Below are positions 37,415 through 47,260 of a stretch of 64,000 bases of DNA, piece by piece (the stretch's first letter is position 1; every line of letters starts with the position of its first letter). The stretch covers positions 2,484-66,483 of the forward strand of contig CAZIJQ010000006.1 of assembly GCA_964539785.1 (NCBI GenBank), written 5' to 3'. The DNA comes from an uncultured bacterium. Lineage in GTDB: Bacteria; Fidelibacterota; Marinisomatia; Marinisomatales; TCS56. Position numbers and translations under genes: made by a program. Under the pieces are notes generated by a model. The model was not told the DNA's origin and searched no databases. It saw only the letters and a program-made list of their open reading frames with translations.

Positions 37415-38101
37415 ATGAACATGTCAACTCACATGGTAGGAACTGGCCACCGCCAGCGTCTGCGGGAACGGTTTTTGAAAGCCGGTTTGGACAGCCTGCG
37501 GGATTATGAAATTGTTGAGCTATTGTTGACGTTGGGAACTCCCCGCCGGGATTGCAAGAAACCAGCCCGCGATCTTTTGACGGAATTTGGTTCTTTGCGC
37601 GCCGTACTCGAGGCAAGTTCTGCTGGTCTAAGGAAAATCAATGGCATTGGTCCTGCCAACATCTTTGGTCTGAAATTGATCCGGGCAGTGATCGACCGCT
37701 ATTTGAAAGATCGCATAATTGAGCGTGATTTTATCGAGAGTTCCGAGCAGGTGATCGAGTTTCTCAGTCACACACTCAGCTTTCGGGATCGTGAAACATT
37801 CCTGGTTATATATTTAAATGGTCGTAATCAGATTCTGGCTTCCGAAGAATTATTCACCGGTACGCTCACAACTTCAGCCGTCTATCCTCGCGAAGTTGTA
37901 AAAAAAGCGCTATCCAATAAGGCCGCCGCCCTGATTTTTGTACACAATCACCCCAGCGGTAATTTGAATCCCAGTAAAGATGATATTGCCATTACTAAAA
38001 AATTAAAAGCCGCAGTTGCAACAATTGATGTAGCTGTACACGATCACATTATCGTTGCCGGAAACGGCCATTATTCAATGGCTGATCATGGACTGCTATA
38101 G
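37415..38101 (+). CDS. radC: RadC / JAB-domain protein
   Basis: GHRQRLRERF, HhH GIGPA, VYPREV, HNHPSG..PS..D, VHDHIIV. Confidence 0.95.
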   Translation: MNMSTHMVGTGHRQRLRERFLKAGLDSLRDYEIVELLLTLGTPRRDCKKPARDLLTEFGSLRAVLEASSAGLRKINGIGPANIFGLKLIRAVIDRYLKDRIIERDFIESSEQVIEFLSHTLSFRDRETFLVIYLNGRNQILASEELFTGTLTTSAVYPREVVKKALSNKAAALIFVHNHPSGNLNPSKDDIAITKKLKAAVATIDVAVHDHIIVAGNGHYSMADHGLL

Positions 38102-38491
38102 TCTGGCCTTTTATGCGACCTTACTCAAATTGAAAAAACAAACTGATACTTTTTAGCGGAATACAGGTCAGTATTCACCTGCAAACTGTACAGCGGTGTC
38201 AATTTATAACGTATACCAGCGGTCATACCGACCGTTTACTGAAACGGTTGTGCAAGCACAACCTGCGTCCTGATGAAAAGGAACTTCGATTGGTAACCAG
38301 TAGCTTTCTCTTTTTATTATTACCAAGAAATTTGTAAAATTTGTGAAATCGTTAACGTCAGTTGATTCACAAGTACAATTAACCAATAATTTTTGTACCT
38401 AAAGTGCCTTTTTCAGGGACGACTAGTTACCAGTTATCAGGAAACGTAGAAACGTTGCCAGAAATAATCAGAGTAAATCAGGAGAAATTCC

Positions 38492-38944
38492 ATGTTCAGC
38501 ACAGCGCGTTATTTCATAAAAACAGCTTTAGGTTTTTTTATCATTGGGTTGCTAACCGGTCTTTACATTTACGGTGGTTTTGCTTTTGATTGGGTGGTTT
38601 CCTATTCTTTGATTAATGCCCATATCCACATCCTTTTGATGGGCGGTGTATTTATGATGATACTGGGCGTGGCGGTTTGGTTTTTCCCGCGACCAACCAA
38701 GGATGATAAGAAATATCGTCCCATTGTGGTACTCTGGATATATTAGATATTTACGATCTCCACCTCGGCCAGATTTGTTATTGAAATTCTGCAGGGGATT
38801 TATTCTCTACCGGGATTGTACACCGCCGGGTTCTGGTTATCGGTAATCCAGGTGTTGGCCTCAGTGGGACTGGTAATATCTATTTGGGGCCGAATCAGAC
38901 CAGTTGGCAGCCAGATCCGGGAGAAAAAAGGGGAACGATTCTAA
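38492..38944 (+). pseudogene. Four-TM membrane protein (family often labelled cbb3 oxidase subunit I-like) interrupted by in-frame TAG
   Basis: AHIHILLMG and WFFPR motifs; TAG at 38744-38746, then the frame continues to IWGRIRPVGSQIREKKGERF-TAA at 38944. Confidence 0.78.
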
Positions 38945-39018
38945 ATCTGATCAGCTCCCCCTTGGTAACTAATTCATGTCAGAATCTGTCGCTACATTTA
39001 TCCGATATTATCAGTAAA

Positions 39019-39792
39019 TCACCATTTCCATCGCAAGTCGATAATTGGAAATAAATGTTGTTGTGACCCAAATGGATAATCTGCACTAATGTATTTATAA
39101 CCTATCAGTATCTGGCGTGATTTCTTTTTTGAATAGGTAATTAACCCTTTATGCTCAAAAGCGGTATGTTTGTTGTCGTTGGATAATCTGAAATAATCAA
39201 TATCGATCGCTATCCCAATTTTTTTACTAAAATTATTTTTATAATCAGCCCCTAATTTTGTGTAATGATCATTATGATATACCGATAAGCGCTGGTACAC
39301 CAGCGGTAAATCAATTGAAGTTCGCTGATCCAGGTCTGTACTGCCCATGGAAAAAGCGATAGCCAGTTTTAATGATAATATTCCGCCGAGATTTAATGGT
39401 TTACTGATAATTATTTCATTTATAGTGGAAATCATGGCCGGTATTTCAAATTCCGGTGATATAAAACCTCCGATACCTTCTTTTGCAATCAAATTGAGCA
39501 GTGGCGTCGGATAATATAACGAGTGTTTCGACGACAATATATGACCATTAAGTGTGATCCACTGTTTTTTCACCGCTACGTTAGGCATTTGCAAAAACAC
39601 AATCGGATGAGTTGATATCTGGATCATCTCAGTGAGACCAAATGATAGGGGATTAAACAACCCAACTTCCCATTGACCCTTTTCGATGATTGAGGCTGAG
39701 CCATCAACCCAGGTTGCCGACTGGTAATTGTCAGCGGCGATCAGAATGTTGAACGTAATAGGGAGTATTAGCAGGAATTGAAATATTCTCAT
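39019..39792 (-). CDS. Hypothetical secreted beta-strand-rich (outer-membrane-like) protein
   Basis: ATG 39792 overlaps the upstream TGA, signal peptide, C-terminal LFPIIDLRWKW. Confidence 0.7.
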   Translation of the reverse strand: MRIFQFLLILPITFNILIAADNYQSATWVDGSASIIEKGQWEVGLFNPLSFGLTEMIQISTHPIVFLQMPNVAVKKQWITLNGHILSSKHSLYYPTPLLNLIAKEGIGGFISPEFEIPAMISTINEIIISKPLNLGGILSLKLAIAFSMGSTDLDQRTSIDLPLVYQRLSVYHNDHYTKLGADYKNNFSKKIGIAIDIDYFRLSNDNKHTAFEHKGLITYSKKKSRQILIGYKYISADYPFGSQQHLFPIIDLRWKW

Positions 39793-40874
39793 TGTGGCAC
39801 CTCCCACTTGGCGATTACGGCAACATGATCGGAAGCTTCCACCGCCTCCTGTAAAGTAATGACCGATCCGGGAACCCAATTAGTATTAGTCCACAGGTAA
39901 TCCAATTTTCGATCCCAGTTCCCATTCCAATCGGGGGTATGGGTAAAATATAGTGTTTCATTTTGACTATATACCGTGTCTGGAATGGCCGGTGAATATG
40001 AATCATACAAATCTTGCAACCAGGTTATTTCAGACGCGAAATAACTACCTTCCTTATGATTATCATTTACGTGAAAATCTTCATCATCTTCACATGCATC
40101 GACGATACAGTAATCGTGTATAGTAGCTGTTGGTGGTATCGCATTTAAATCACCACCGGAAATAAATACACCGCTACTACTGTTAATATTATCCAGTATC
40201 TCAATATATTTATTAATTTGTTGCTGTTTGGTATCATCAGTAGCAAATGCCGATGAATGGATTCCCACAGCATAAACATTGTCAGTTCCTGGAATTTCTA
40301 TCCGGGCTTTGATTACATTTCTTCGCAAATAGAAGTATTTTGTCAAGGCATCAATATCGCCACGCAGTGGTAATTGTATACGTTCGGCATCGGCGACGGG
40401 CCATTTCGACAAAATTGCATTCCCATTATCCATCCGGCCCAAACCGTCACTGGGTATTACCTGGGCTTTCCACATGGAAGCGTAAGCGCCAAAGTTAAAA
40501 TCAGTATGATCCAGCAGCCATTGAACTTGATCTATGTACTGTGTTCTCTTTGATTCCACATCAACTTCCTGCAAAAATATTATATCGGGATTAATAGCGT
40601 TAATTCTGACCGATAATTTTTCTAGACCATCTAGAACTTCAGCTTCTGTCAGCATAACCCGATCGCCGCAGGAATCACCAAACCAGGGTAGCCGGGCAGC
40701 GCCAAAGCGGATATTCCAGGTCATAACAGTGATTGTATCGGCAGTGGCAGGTACAGTAACTGTTTTAGCAGTATAATTAATGGGATTTTCGATGTCTTCA
40801 AATATTGTGACCAGTGGATCGCATCCAACTAGCAATATGCCACAAATAAATAGCATCTTAAACTGCGTTTTCAT
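39789..40874 (-). CDS. Endonuclease/exonuclease/phosphatase-family lipoprotein
   Basis: Lipobox LVGC, MTWNI, FLQEVD, GGDLN, KLDY, SDH; start ATG 40874. Confidence 0.9.
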   Translation of the reverse strand: MKTQFKMLFICGILLVGCDPLVTIFEDIENPINYTAKTVTVPATADTITVMTWNIRFGAARLPWFGDSCGDRVMLTEAEVLDGLEKLSVRINAINPDIIFLQEVDVESKRTQYIDQVQWLLDHTDFNFGAYASMWKAQVIPSDGLGRMDNGNAILSKWPVADAERIQLPLRGDIDALTKYFYLRRNVIKARIEIPGTDNVYAVGIHSSAFATDDTKQQQINKYIEILDNINSSSGVFISGGDLNAIPPTATIHDYCIVDACEDDEDFHVNDNHKEGSYFASEITWLQDLYDSYSPAIPDTVYSQNETLYFTHTPDWNGNWDRKLDYLWTNTNWVPGSVITLQEAVEASDHVAVIAKWEVPQ

Positions 40875-41128
40875 GATAATTCCTCTCCAAACTAATAGAA
40901 TATAAAAACTGATCTGCAATTATGATAGTATTATATAAGGCTTTATTTCATAAACCCATACATAAAACTAATAAACTAAAGTTCCCGGAGAACCCAACTA
41001 TTTGAAACGTTTTATAGAAAATTCAGGATATACACATTGGTATTAGTTAGGCGTATCTCGTTACCGCCGATTGTACTGGATAACATAATTGTTTTTAATA
41101 TAAATTTAATCAACTTAGAAATTTATAA

Positions 41129-41500
41129 TTGCCAATGAGACATGAAATTGTTGTAGATCAGGATGCTGGAATAATAAAAGTATCTGCTGAAGGGGAGTGG
41201 AATGTTGCCGATAGTGATATAATTACCGGAAAAATTGTTGATAAATCTGAGGAGACCGGTATTGTAAAAGTTTTAATCGACCACAGCAAAATCACAATAA
41301 ATGTTTCAACATTGATAGCTTATAAACGACCATTGCAGTTGAAATCACAATTTGAATATATTTACCCCAAAGTAGTATTTGTCAGTCCGAAAAACAGGTA
41401 TAAATTGTATCGTTTTTTTATAACTGTTGCGCGCAAACGCGGGATTCAATTTGAAGTATTTAAAAGTTTTAATTCTGCATTGGAATGGTTATTGGCGTGA
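41129..41500 (+). CDS. Hypothetical STAS/SpoIIAA-like protein
   Basis: KVLIDHS and VFKSFNSALEWL C-terminus typical of SpoIIAA-like proteins. Confidence 0.6.
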   Translation: MPMRHEIVVDQDAGIIKVSAEGEWNVADSDIITGKIVDKSEETGIVKVLIDHSKITINVSTLIAYKRPLQLKSQFEYIYPKVVFVSPKNRYKLYRFFITVARKRGIQFEVFKSFNSALEWLLA

Positions 41501-41565
41501 TTAATAATTTGAGTGCGCTTACGGTTAATTATTTTTCATTTTGAAATAAGCATTATTGTAAAAAT

Positions 41566-42495
41566 ATGAGCACTAACAGCGATTTAGGCGATGAGCCAGT
41601 CTATCCCAATAAGAAATTGATCAGTGATCCAGAGAACGAATCTGATTTGATTGACGAGTTGACCAATATTAACCAGAATAATATTCTATTTCAGTCGATT
41701 ATTGCAAACAGTCCGGACCTTATTACCTTACAGGATATGGATGGAAGATTTACTTATATTGGACCCCGCTGCGAAGAAATTGTAGGTTTAACTCCTGATG
41801 AATTGAAGACGATGCAGAATCTGGAATATGTTAGCCGGCTTGATCGTACTGAAGTGAGCAGGAGAAAAGAGAAAGCATTTTCTGATGGAAAGATTATCAG
41901 TTTTGAGTACCGGGTGAAAGTCAGAAATCGAGAAGAGGTTTGGATCCACCATACCTACAGCCCGTTATTCAGGCATGGGACGCCCTATCGCATTCAAAGT
42001 AATCTGCGTGATATTACTATTCAGAAGCAATACGAAGAAACTTTGATGGAAATCGATAAGGAGTTGACTGAAAGTAATGTGAAGCTGAATAATAAAAATG
42101 TGGCGCTGGAAGAATTACTGACTCAGGTTGAGATACAGAAAACTAAGATCAACCAGCAGATTCAGACCAATATTAATAACCTCGTTCGACCTTTATTAGA
42201 TAGCCTGATGGTGCGCGTGTCGTCATCCGATAAAGCTATCCTTGAACTGATTCAACATAATCTGGAATTGATTTCATCATCATTTAGTCATAAAGTATCC
42301 AGTAAATTTTACTCGCTATCCAAGCGTGAAATTGAAATCTGTAACATGATTAAGCAGGGATTAAGCTCCAAGCAGATTTCCATTGTACTGAATATATCTA
42401 CCGCCACCGTTACCACTCATCGCAATAAAATCCGGAAAAAACTGGGACTATTAAATTCCAGCACCAATCTCCCGGCCTATCTTAATTCGCTATGA
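41566..42495 (+). CDS. PAS-domain LuxR-type transcriptional regulator
   Basis: PAS (NSPDLI..D..GRFTY, EYRV), coiled coil, LSKREIEIC..GLSSKQI..TV.THRNKIRKKLG. Confidence 0.9.
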   Translation: MSTNSDLGDEPVYPNKKLISDPENESDLIDELTNINQNNILFQSIIANSPDLITLQDMDGRFTYIGPRCEEIVGLTPDELKTMQNLEYVSRLDRTEVSRRKEKAFSDGKIISFEYRVKVRNREEVWIHHTYSPLFRHGTPYRIQSNLRDITIQKQYEETLMEIDKELTESNVKLNNKNVALEELLTQVEIQKTKINQQIQTNINNLVRPLLDSLMVRVSSSDKAILELIQHNLELISSSFSHKVSSKFYSLSKREIEICNMIKQGLSSKQISIVLNISTATVTTHRNKIRKKLGLLNSSTNLPAYLNSL

Positions 42496-42564
42496 TTTCA
42501 AGTAAACAAATATATATTTGTTTTACACTCAAATTTTCATTTTTAGAAATTTAAAGGATAACAC

Positions 42565-42787
42565 GTAGGGACAACTCTTGAGTAGTTCTTAAGAAATTTC
42601 GGTAAAATTATTGAATCGGTTACAAATGCATGCTGTTTCAAACACGCGACTAAAGTCGTTGGCTGAAATAAAATGGAATATCTTCCGCTCAATTTGATTT
42701 ATTCGCCTCTGGCGTCAGCGTAAACCCAGCCCACAGTTTCAACTGTGGGTTAAATGAGTAATAATAGTTATAACCGTTTTAACGGTT
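42565..42787. repeat. Cluster of REP / IS200-end-like palindromes
   Basis: GTAGGGACAACTC (42565), CGACTAAAGTCG (42647), CCCACAGTTTCAACTGTGGG (42730), AACCGTTTTAACGGTT (42772). Confidence 0.6.
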
Positions 42788-42842
42788 TTACCAATACAAT
42801 ATTTTCATAATCTCCTATTGGTAATGGTAACTTCCGCGCATT

Positions 42843-44012
42843 ATGAAATACATCGGACCGGATTTTTATAAAATTACCGATCTGCTCACTGAAGACGAAT
42901 TGCTGATCCAGCAAACCGCCAACGATTTTGTGCAGGAACAATTTATACCACTGATTCAGGAACACCATCAACGGGCTACATTTCCCACTGAATTGATTCC
43001 GCAAATGGGCGAATTGGGCTTTTTCGGTGCCAGTCTACCAGAAACAGCCGGCGGGGCCGAGGTTAGCAATGTGGCTTACGGCTTAATTATGCACGAACTG
43101 GAACGGGGTGATTCCGGTTTGCGTTCCTTCGCCAGCGTCCAGGGGGGACTGGTGATGTACCCGATCTGGAAATATGGGTCCGACGAACAGAAGCAACAGT
43201 GGTTGCCCAAGCTTTCAGCGGGGACCGCTATTGGCTGCTTTGGTCTTACCGAACCGGATTTTGGCTCCAATCCTGGCGGGATGATCACCCGTGCCAAGTA
43301 TACCAGTGATGGCTGGGTTCTTAATGGCGCTAAAATGTGGATCACCAATGGGTCGATTGCTGATATAGCCCTGATCTGGGCCAAAGATGAAGATAATTTT
43401 GTCCGGGGATTTCTGGTCGAAAAAGGAAGTCCCGGGTTTTCCGCTCCGGAAATGAAGGGTAAGCTGAGCCTCCGGGCATCAGTGACTTCCGAATTAATTC
43501 TACAAGATGTTGTGGTGCCGGAATCGGCAATGCTACCCAAGGTGGATGGCTTGAAAGGACCGCTCTCATGTCTGACCCAGGCTCGCTACTCGATTGCCTG
43601 GGGCGCCATCGGGGCAGCGGTGGATTGTTACGAAACGGCTTTACGCTACGCCAAAGCAAGAAAACAATTCAGCAAACCGATTGCCGGCTTCCAATTGACC
43701 CAGGCCAAGCTGGTGGATATGCTGGAGGAGATTACTAAGGCTCTGTTACTGGCGATTCAATTGGGGCGCCAAAAGGATCAAGGTAAGATGGATTTCACAC
43801 AGGTATCGCTGGCCAAGCGCAACAACGTGCGCATTGCTCGCGACATCGCCCGCACCGCCCGTGAAATCCTGGGGGCCAATGGCATCCTGGATGAATACCC
43901 GCTGCAGCGCCATGCCATGAACCTGGAATCCGTTTACACCTACGAAGGTACCCATGAAATGCACACTTTGATTGTGGGACAGAAAATAACCGGATTGAGT
44001 GCTATCGAATAG
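42843..44012 (+). CDS. gcdH: Acyl-CoA dehydrogenase, glutaryl-CoA dehydrogenase-like
   Basis: ELERGDSGLRSFASVQ, GCFGLTEPDFGSNP, KMWITNG, TYEGTHEMH. Confidence 0.8.
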   Translation: MKYIGPDFYKITDLLTEDELLIQQTANDFVQEQFIPLIQEHHQRATFPTELIPQMGELGFFGASLPETAGGAEVSNVAYGLIMHELERGDSGLRSFASVQGGLVMYPIWKYGSDEQKQQWLPKLSAGTAIGCFGLTEPDFGSNPGGMITRAKYTSDGWVLNGAKMWITNGSIADIALIWAKDEDNFVRGFLVEKGSPGFSAPEMKGKLSLRASVTSELILQDVVVPESAMLPKVDGLKGPLSCLTQARYSIAWGAIGAAVDCYETALRYAKARKQFSKPIAGFQLTQAKLVDMLEEITKALLLAIQLGRQKDQGKMDFTQVSLAKRNNVRIARDIARTAREILGANGILDEYPLQRHAMNLESVYTYEGTHEMHTLIVGQKITGLSAIE

Positions 44013-44029
44013 GTCACGGGGAAACAATT

Positions 44030-45199
44030 ATGAGCATATTTGAATCAATCACTAAAAAATTTCTCGGTGTTGGTACCGGTACGAAATACCGGGCTAAAGT
44101 AGGTAAATTTCAGGGCTGGGTATCGGTGATTATTAACACCCTGTTATTTGCGGTAAAATTTGTATTGGCACTGATCACCAGCTCGATTAGTTTGATGGCT
44201 GACGCCATCCACACCTTAAGTGATGTGGTTTCCTCTGGGGTGGTGATCTGGGGTTTTAAAGAGATGGAAAAACCTGCTGACGCGGAGCATCCCTACGGCC
44301 ACGGCCGGGCCGAATATATCGCAACTCTGGTGATAGCTATCCTGCTGACGGTGGTGGGCATTGAGTTCATCCAGTCCAGCATCAAACGGATTCTCGACCC
44401 CCAATTGATTGCCGTCAACTGGTGGATGATTACCGCTATAGCGACTACGATTGTACTTAAGGAAATGACGGCCCGCTACGCCGAATTTTTATCCCACCGG
44501 ATTTCTTCCGGCACCCTCCAGGCCGATGCCTGGCATCATCGCACCGACGCTATTTCATCGCTATTAGTGGTGATCGCCATGATCGCCGGCCGGTACGGTT
44601 TTTATCATCTGGATGGCTATGCCGGAGTCGGTGTGGCATTGATTATCCTGTGGACAGCCTACCAGATTGCTCGCGATGCCATCGACGATTTGATCGGCAA
44701 ACCACCCGCCGATGAGGAGTTGGAAGCAATTCGCCAGGCCGCCATGGGTATCGATGGTGTGTTGGGTACCCACGATATTTCCGTCCATAGTTACGGCAGT
44801 GATAAATTTACCAGTGTCCATATCGAGGTCGATGCCCGGCAGCATACACTCAAAACACATGATATTGCCGAGGCGGTGGAAGAGGCAATCACTACCAAGC
44901 TACATGTGAACCCCACTGTCCATGTCGATCCGGTTTATACCGATCATCCCCTGGTGAATGAGATCAAGGATTTTCTGCAAACTGACCTGAAACACGAATC
45001 GGTTATCACCAGCTTCCACGATGTACGCATTGTCGATACCACTGACCATAAGGTTATTTTATTCGGGATGAATCTGAATCCCGGAGCTACTGCACGGGAG
45101 CGGAAAGATTGTTTCAAAGAATTAAAGGGCAAACTGGAAACGCGTTTTGAGGGTTTCCGATTAATTATGAAAATTTCACCAATTCATAAATACGCTTGA
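44030..45199 (+). CDS. Cation diffusion facilitator family transporter
   Basis: DAIHTLSD, HPYGHGRAE, DAWHHRTD, C-terminal dimerisation domains. Confidence 0.93.
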   Translation: MSIFESITKKFLGVGTGTKYRAKVGKFQGWVSVIINTLLFAVKFVLALITSSISLMADAIHTLSDVVSSGVVIWGFKEMEKPADAEHPYGHGRAEYIATLVIAILLTVVGIEFIQSSIKRILDPQLIAVNWWMITAIATTIVLKEMTARYAEFLSHRISSGTLQADAWHHRTDAISSLLVVIAMIAGRYGFYHLDGYAGVGVALIILWTAYQIARDAIDDLIGKPPADEELEAIRQAAMGIDGVLGTHDISVHSYGSDKFTSVHIEVDARQHTLKTHDIAEAVEEAITTKLHVNPTVHVDPVYTDHPLVNEIKDFLQTDLKHESVITSFHDVRIVDTTDHKVILFGMNLNPGATARERKDCFKELKGKLETRFEGFRLIMKISPIHKYA

Positions 45200-46332
45200 G
45201 TAAAATGGAAAAATACCGCAACGAATTCCCTCATACTGAAATGGATATGGTCTTCTTGGACCATGCCGCTGTTTCACCCATGAATAATCGGGTCAAGGCT
45301 AATTTGGATGCCTACATCCGGCAGGCTCAGGGTGAAAAAATCGAAAACCGGTTCGGTACCATGGATATGGCATTGGCAGCCCGGGAAAAATTTAGCAAAT
45401 TAATCAATGCCCCCACTGAGCGGATTGCCGCTGTGCGCAACACCAGCGATGGGATGATCCTGCTGGCTCGAGGGCTGAAATGGGAAACGGGCGACCGGAT
45501 TATCCTGCATAAAATGGAGTTCCCTTCCAATGTCTATCCCTGGTGGGACCTGCAGCCCTACGGGGTCGAACTGGATTTCCTGGATACGGAATTGGGATCG
45601 GTGACACCGAATGATCTGGAGCTGGTCGTGACCGATCGCACCCGGTTAGTGGCCGTGAGCTGGGTCCAGTATTTCAGTGGTTATAAAAATGATATCAGGG
45701 TACTGGCGGATTGGTGTCATTCTAAAGGAATTATCCTGGCGGTAGATGCCATGCAGGGCTTGGGGGCATTGCAATTTGATAATGAGATCAGCCAGGCCGA
45801 TTTTATCGCAACCGGCACCGCTAAATGGCTACTCGGTCCTCAAGGGGTTGGTTTTATTTATATCACGGAAGAGTTGCAGGAACAGATTCATCCCCCGCAT
45901 CTGGGTTGGCAGGGGAGAGCCAGTCTGATGGAATTCCATAATTACGACCAGCCGCTGAAAGCCGATGCCAGCCGCTACGAATTCGCCACACCTTTCAGCC
46001 TGGGAATTTGGGGTGTCAATGGCGCGCTGGATTTACTGTTGGAAGCGGGCCAACCGGCTATCGAAAACCGAATTCTAGAACTGACCGATTATCTGGTAAA
46101 ACAATTACAGGTCCATAATTACCGGGTTATTTCTGATCGCAGTGCCGGTGTCAAATCGGGGATTGTGATTGCCAGTAATTCCGACCCAAAGCGCAATCAA
46201 CAAATTTTTAAGTACCTACATAAAAAGGATGTCCACATTTCCTATCGCAATGGCAACCTGCGGATTGCGCCCCATTTCTATAATACCATTGCGGATATCG
46301 ACCGGCTGATTGAAATATTGGGTCATTTATAA
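45196..46332 (+). CDS. Class V PLP-dependent aminotransferase / cysteine desulfurase-like
   Basis: FLDHAAVSP, EFPSNVYPW, VDAMQ, KWLLGPQG, RIAPHFYN. Confidence 0.9.
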   Translation: MSKMEKYRNEFPHTEMDMVFLDHAAVSPMNNRVKANLDAYIRQAQGEKIENRFGTMDMALAAREKFSKLINAPTERIAAVRNTSDGMILLARGLKWETGDRIILHKMEFPSNVYPWWDLQPYGVELDFLDTELGSVTPNDLELVVTDRTRLVAVSWVQYFSGYKNDIRVLADWCHSKGIILAVDAMQGLGALQFDNEISQADFIATGTAKWLLGPQGVGFIYITEELQEQIHPPHLGWQGRASLMEFHNYDQPLKADASRYEFATPFSLGIWGVNGALDLLLEAGQPAIENRILELTDYLVKQLQVHNYRVISDRSAGVKSGIVIASNSDPKRNQQIFKYLHKKDVHISYRNGNLRIAPHFYNTIADIDRLIEILGHL

Positions 46333-46337
46333 TATTT

Positions 46338-46365
46338 GTAGAGACGCGACATGTCGCGTCTCTAC
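46338..46365. repeat. GTAG-type REP palindrome
   Basis: Perfect 28-bp palindrome GTAGAGACGCGACATGTCGCGTCTCTAC between convergent genes. Confidence 0.75.
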
Positions 46366-46492
46366 GGTAAAATGATGAATGCAATTCGAATTATACAGTT
46401 AATTCGAATGTTTATCTTGTTACCTGTTTTTCAATTCTTCGTTTATATGTCCTCTACTCTTTTCTATCTGTTCTTTGCTCTCCGCTCTCTGC

Positions 46493-47260
46493 TCATTTAC
46501 AGTCTTTATAAATATGATATAACCCCTTCAGTGTCAGATCTTCATCGAAATTTGTGATTGAGTGAGAAATCCCCGCTATCACTTTTCCCAGTCCGCCGGT
46601 AACTACCACTGGAACGTCGTTCCAGTCTTTTTCCTGCTTGATGCGGCTGACCATGCCATCCACCATATCAGCGGCGCCAAACAGAATACCGCTGGTTAAA
46701 TTGGTTTGGGTATTGGTTCCGATGGCATTGGCCGGTACAGTAAAATCGATCCGGTACAGCAAAGCTGCTTTTTCTAACAGATAATTGGCGCTGGTTTCGA
46801 TTCCGGGAGCAATTGCACCGCCGATAAAATTACCCTTTCCATCAATAACATCAAAAGTGGTGGCGGTGCCAAAATCAATGATAATCGCCGGTTTGCCATA
46901 GAGCAATCCTCCGGCATAAGAATTAGCGATCCGGTCGGCGCCTACTTCCCGGGGAGATTCCACCAGTAGATTGATGCCCATATCCAGGGCGCCACTAACT
47001 TCCAGAGGCTCAATATCGAGATAGTTGGTACTCATTTTTCGAAAAACAAAAGTAAGTTTTGGTACCACGCTGCCGATGACCACACCATCAAGATCAGTCG
47101 GATCTATTTTAGCACTGCTGATAATCTGATGGAAAATAGCCCAGCTTTCGTCGATAGTCCGCGATTCTTCTGATTGCAAACGCCAACTGTTAACCAGTTT
47201 GCCATCGGCAAAAAGTCCAATTACTATATTTGTATTGCCAACATCAATGGTTAATATCAT
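46493..47260 (-). CDS. coaX: Type III pantothenate kinase
   Basis: DVGNT, VGADR, DFGTATTFD, GGAIAPG, VTGG. Confidence 0.96.
   Translation of the reverse strand: MILTIDVGNTNIVIGLFADGKLVNSWRLQSEESRTIDESWAIFHQIISSAKIDPTDLDGVVIGSVVPKLTFVFRKMSTNYLDIEPLEVSGALDMGINLLVESPREVGADRIANSYAGGLLYGKPAIIIDFGTATTFDVIDGKGNFIGGAIAPGIETSANYLLEKAALLYRIDFTVPANAIGTNTQTNLTSGILFGAADMVDGMVSRIKQEKDWNDVPVVVTGGLGKVIAGISHSITNFDEDLTLKGLYHIYKDCK

Noticed and set aside
37395-37417. Frameshift or readthrough fusing lipoprotein copy 2 to RadC
   Set aside because: The -1 frame hits TAA at once, and RadC is a cytoplasmic protein with its own ATG.
37415-38101. radC as the marker of a prophage or integrative element
   Set aside because: It is the full-length chromosomal type with an HhH domain, and I found no integrase, att repeats or phage genes.
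38241-38276. Hammerhead ribozyme (GAAAC...GTC followed by CTGATGA)
   Set aside because: GTC runs straight into CTGATGA with no room for stem I, and I see no stem II.
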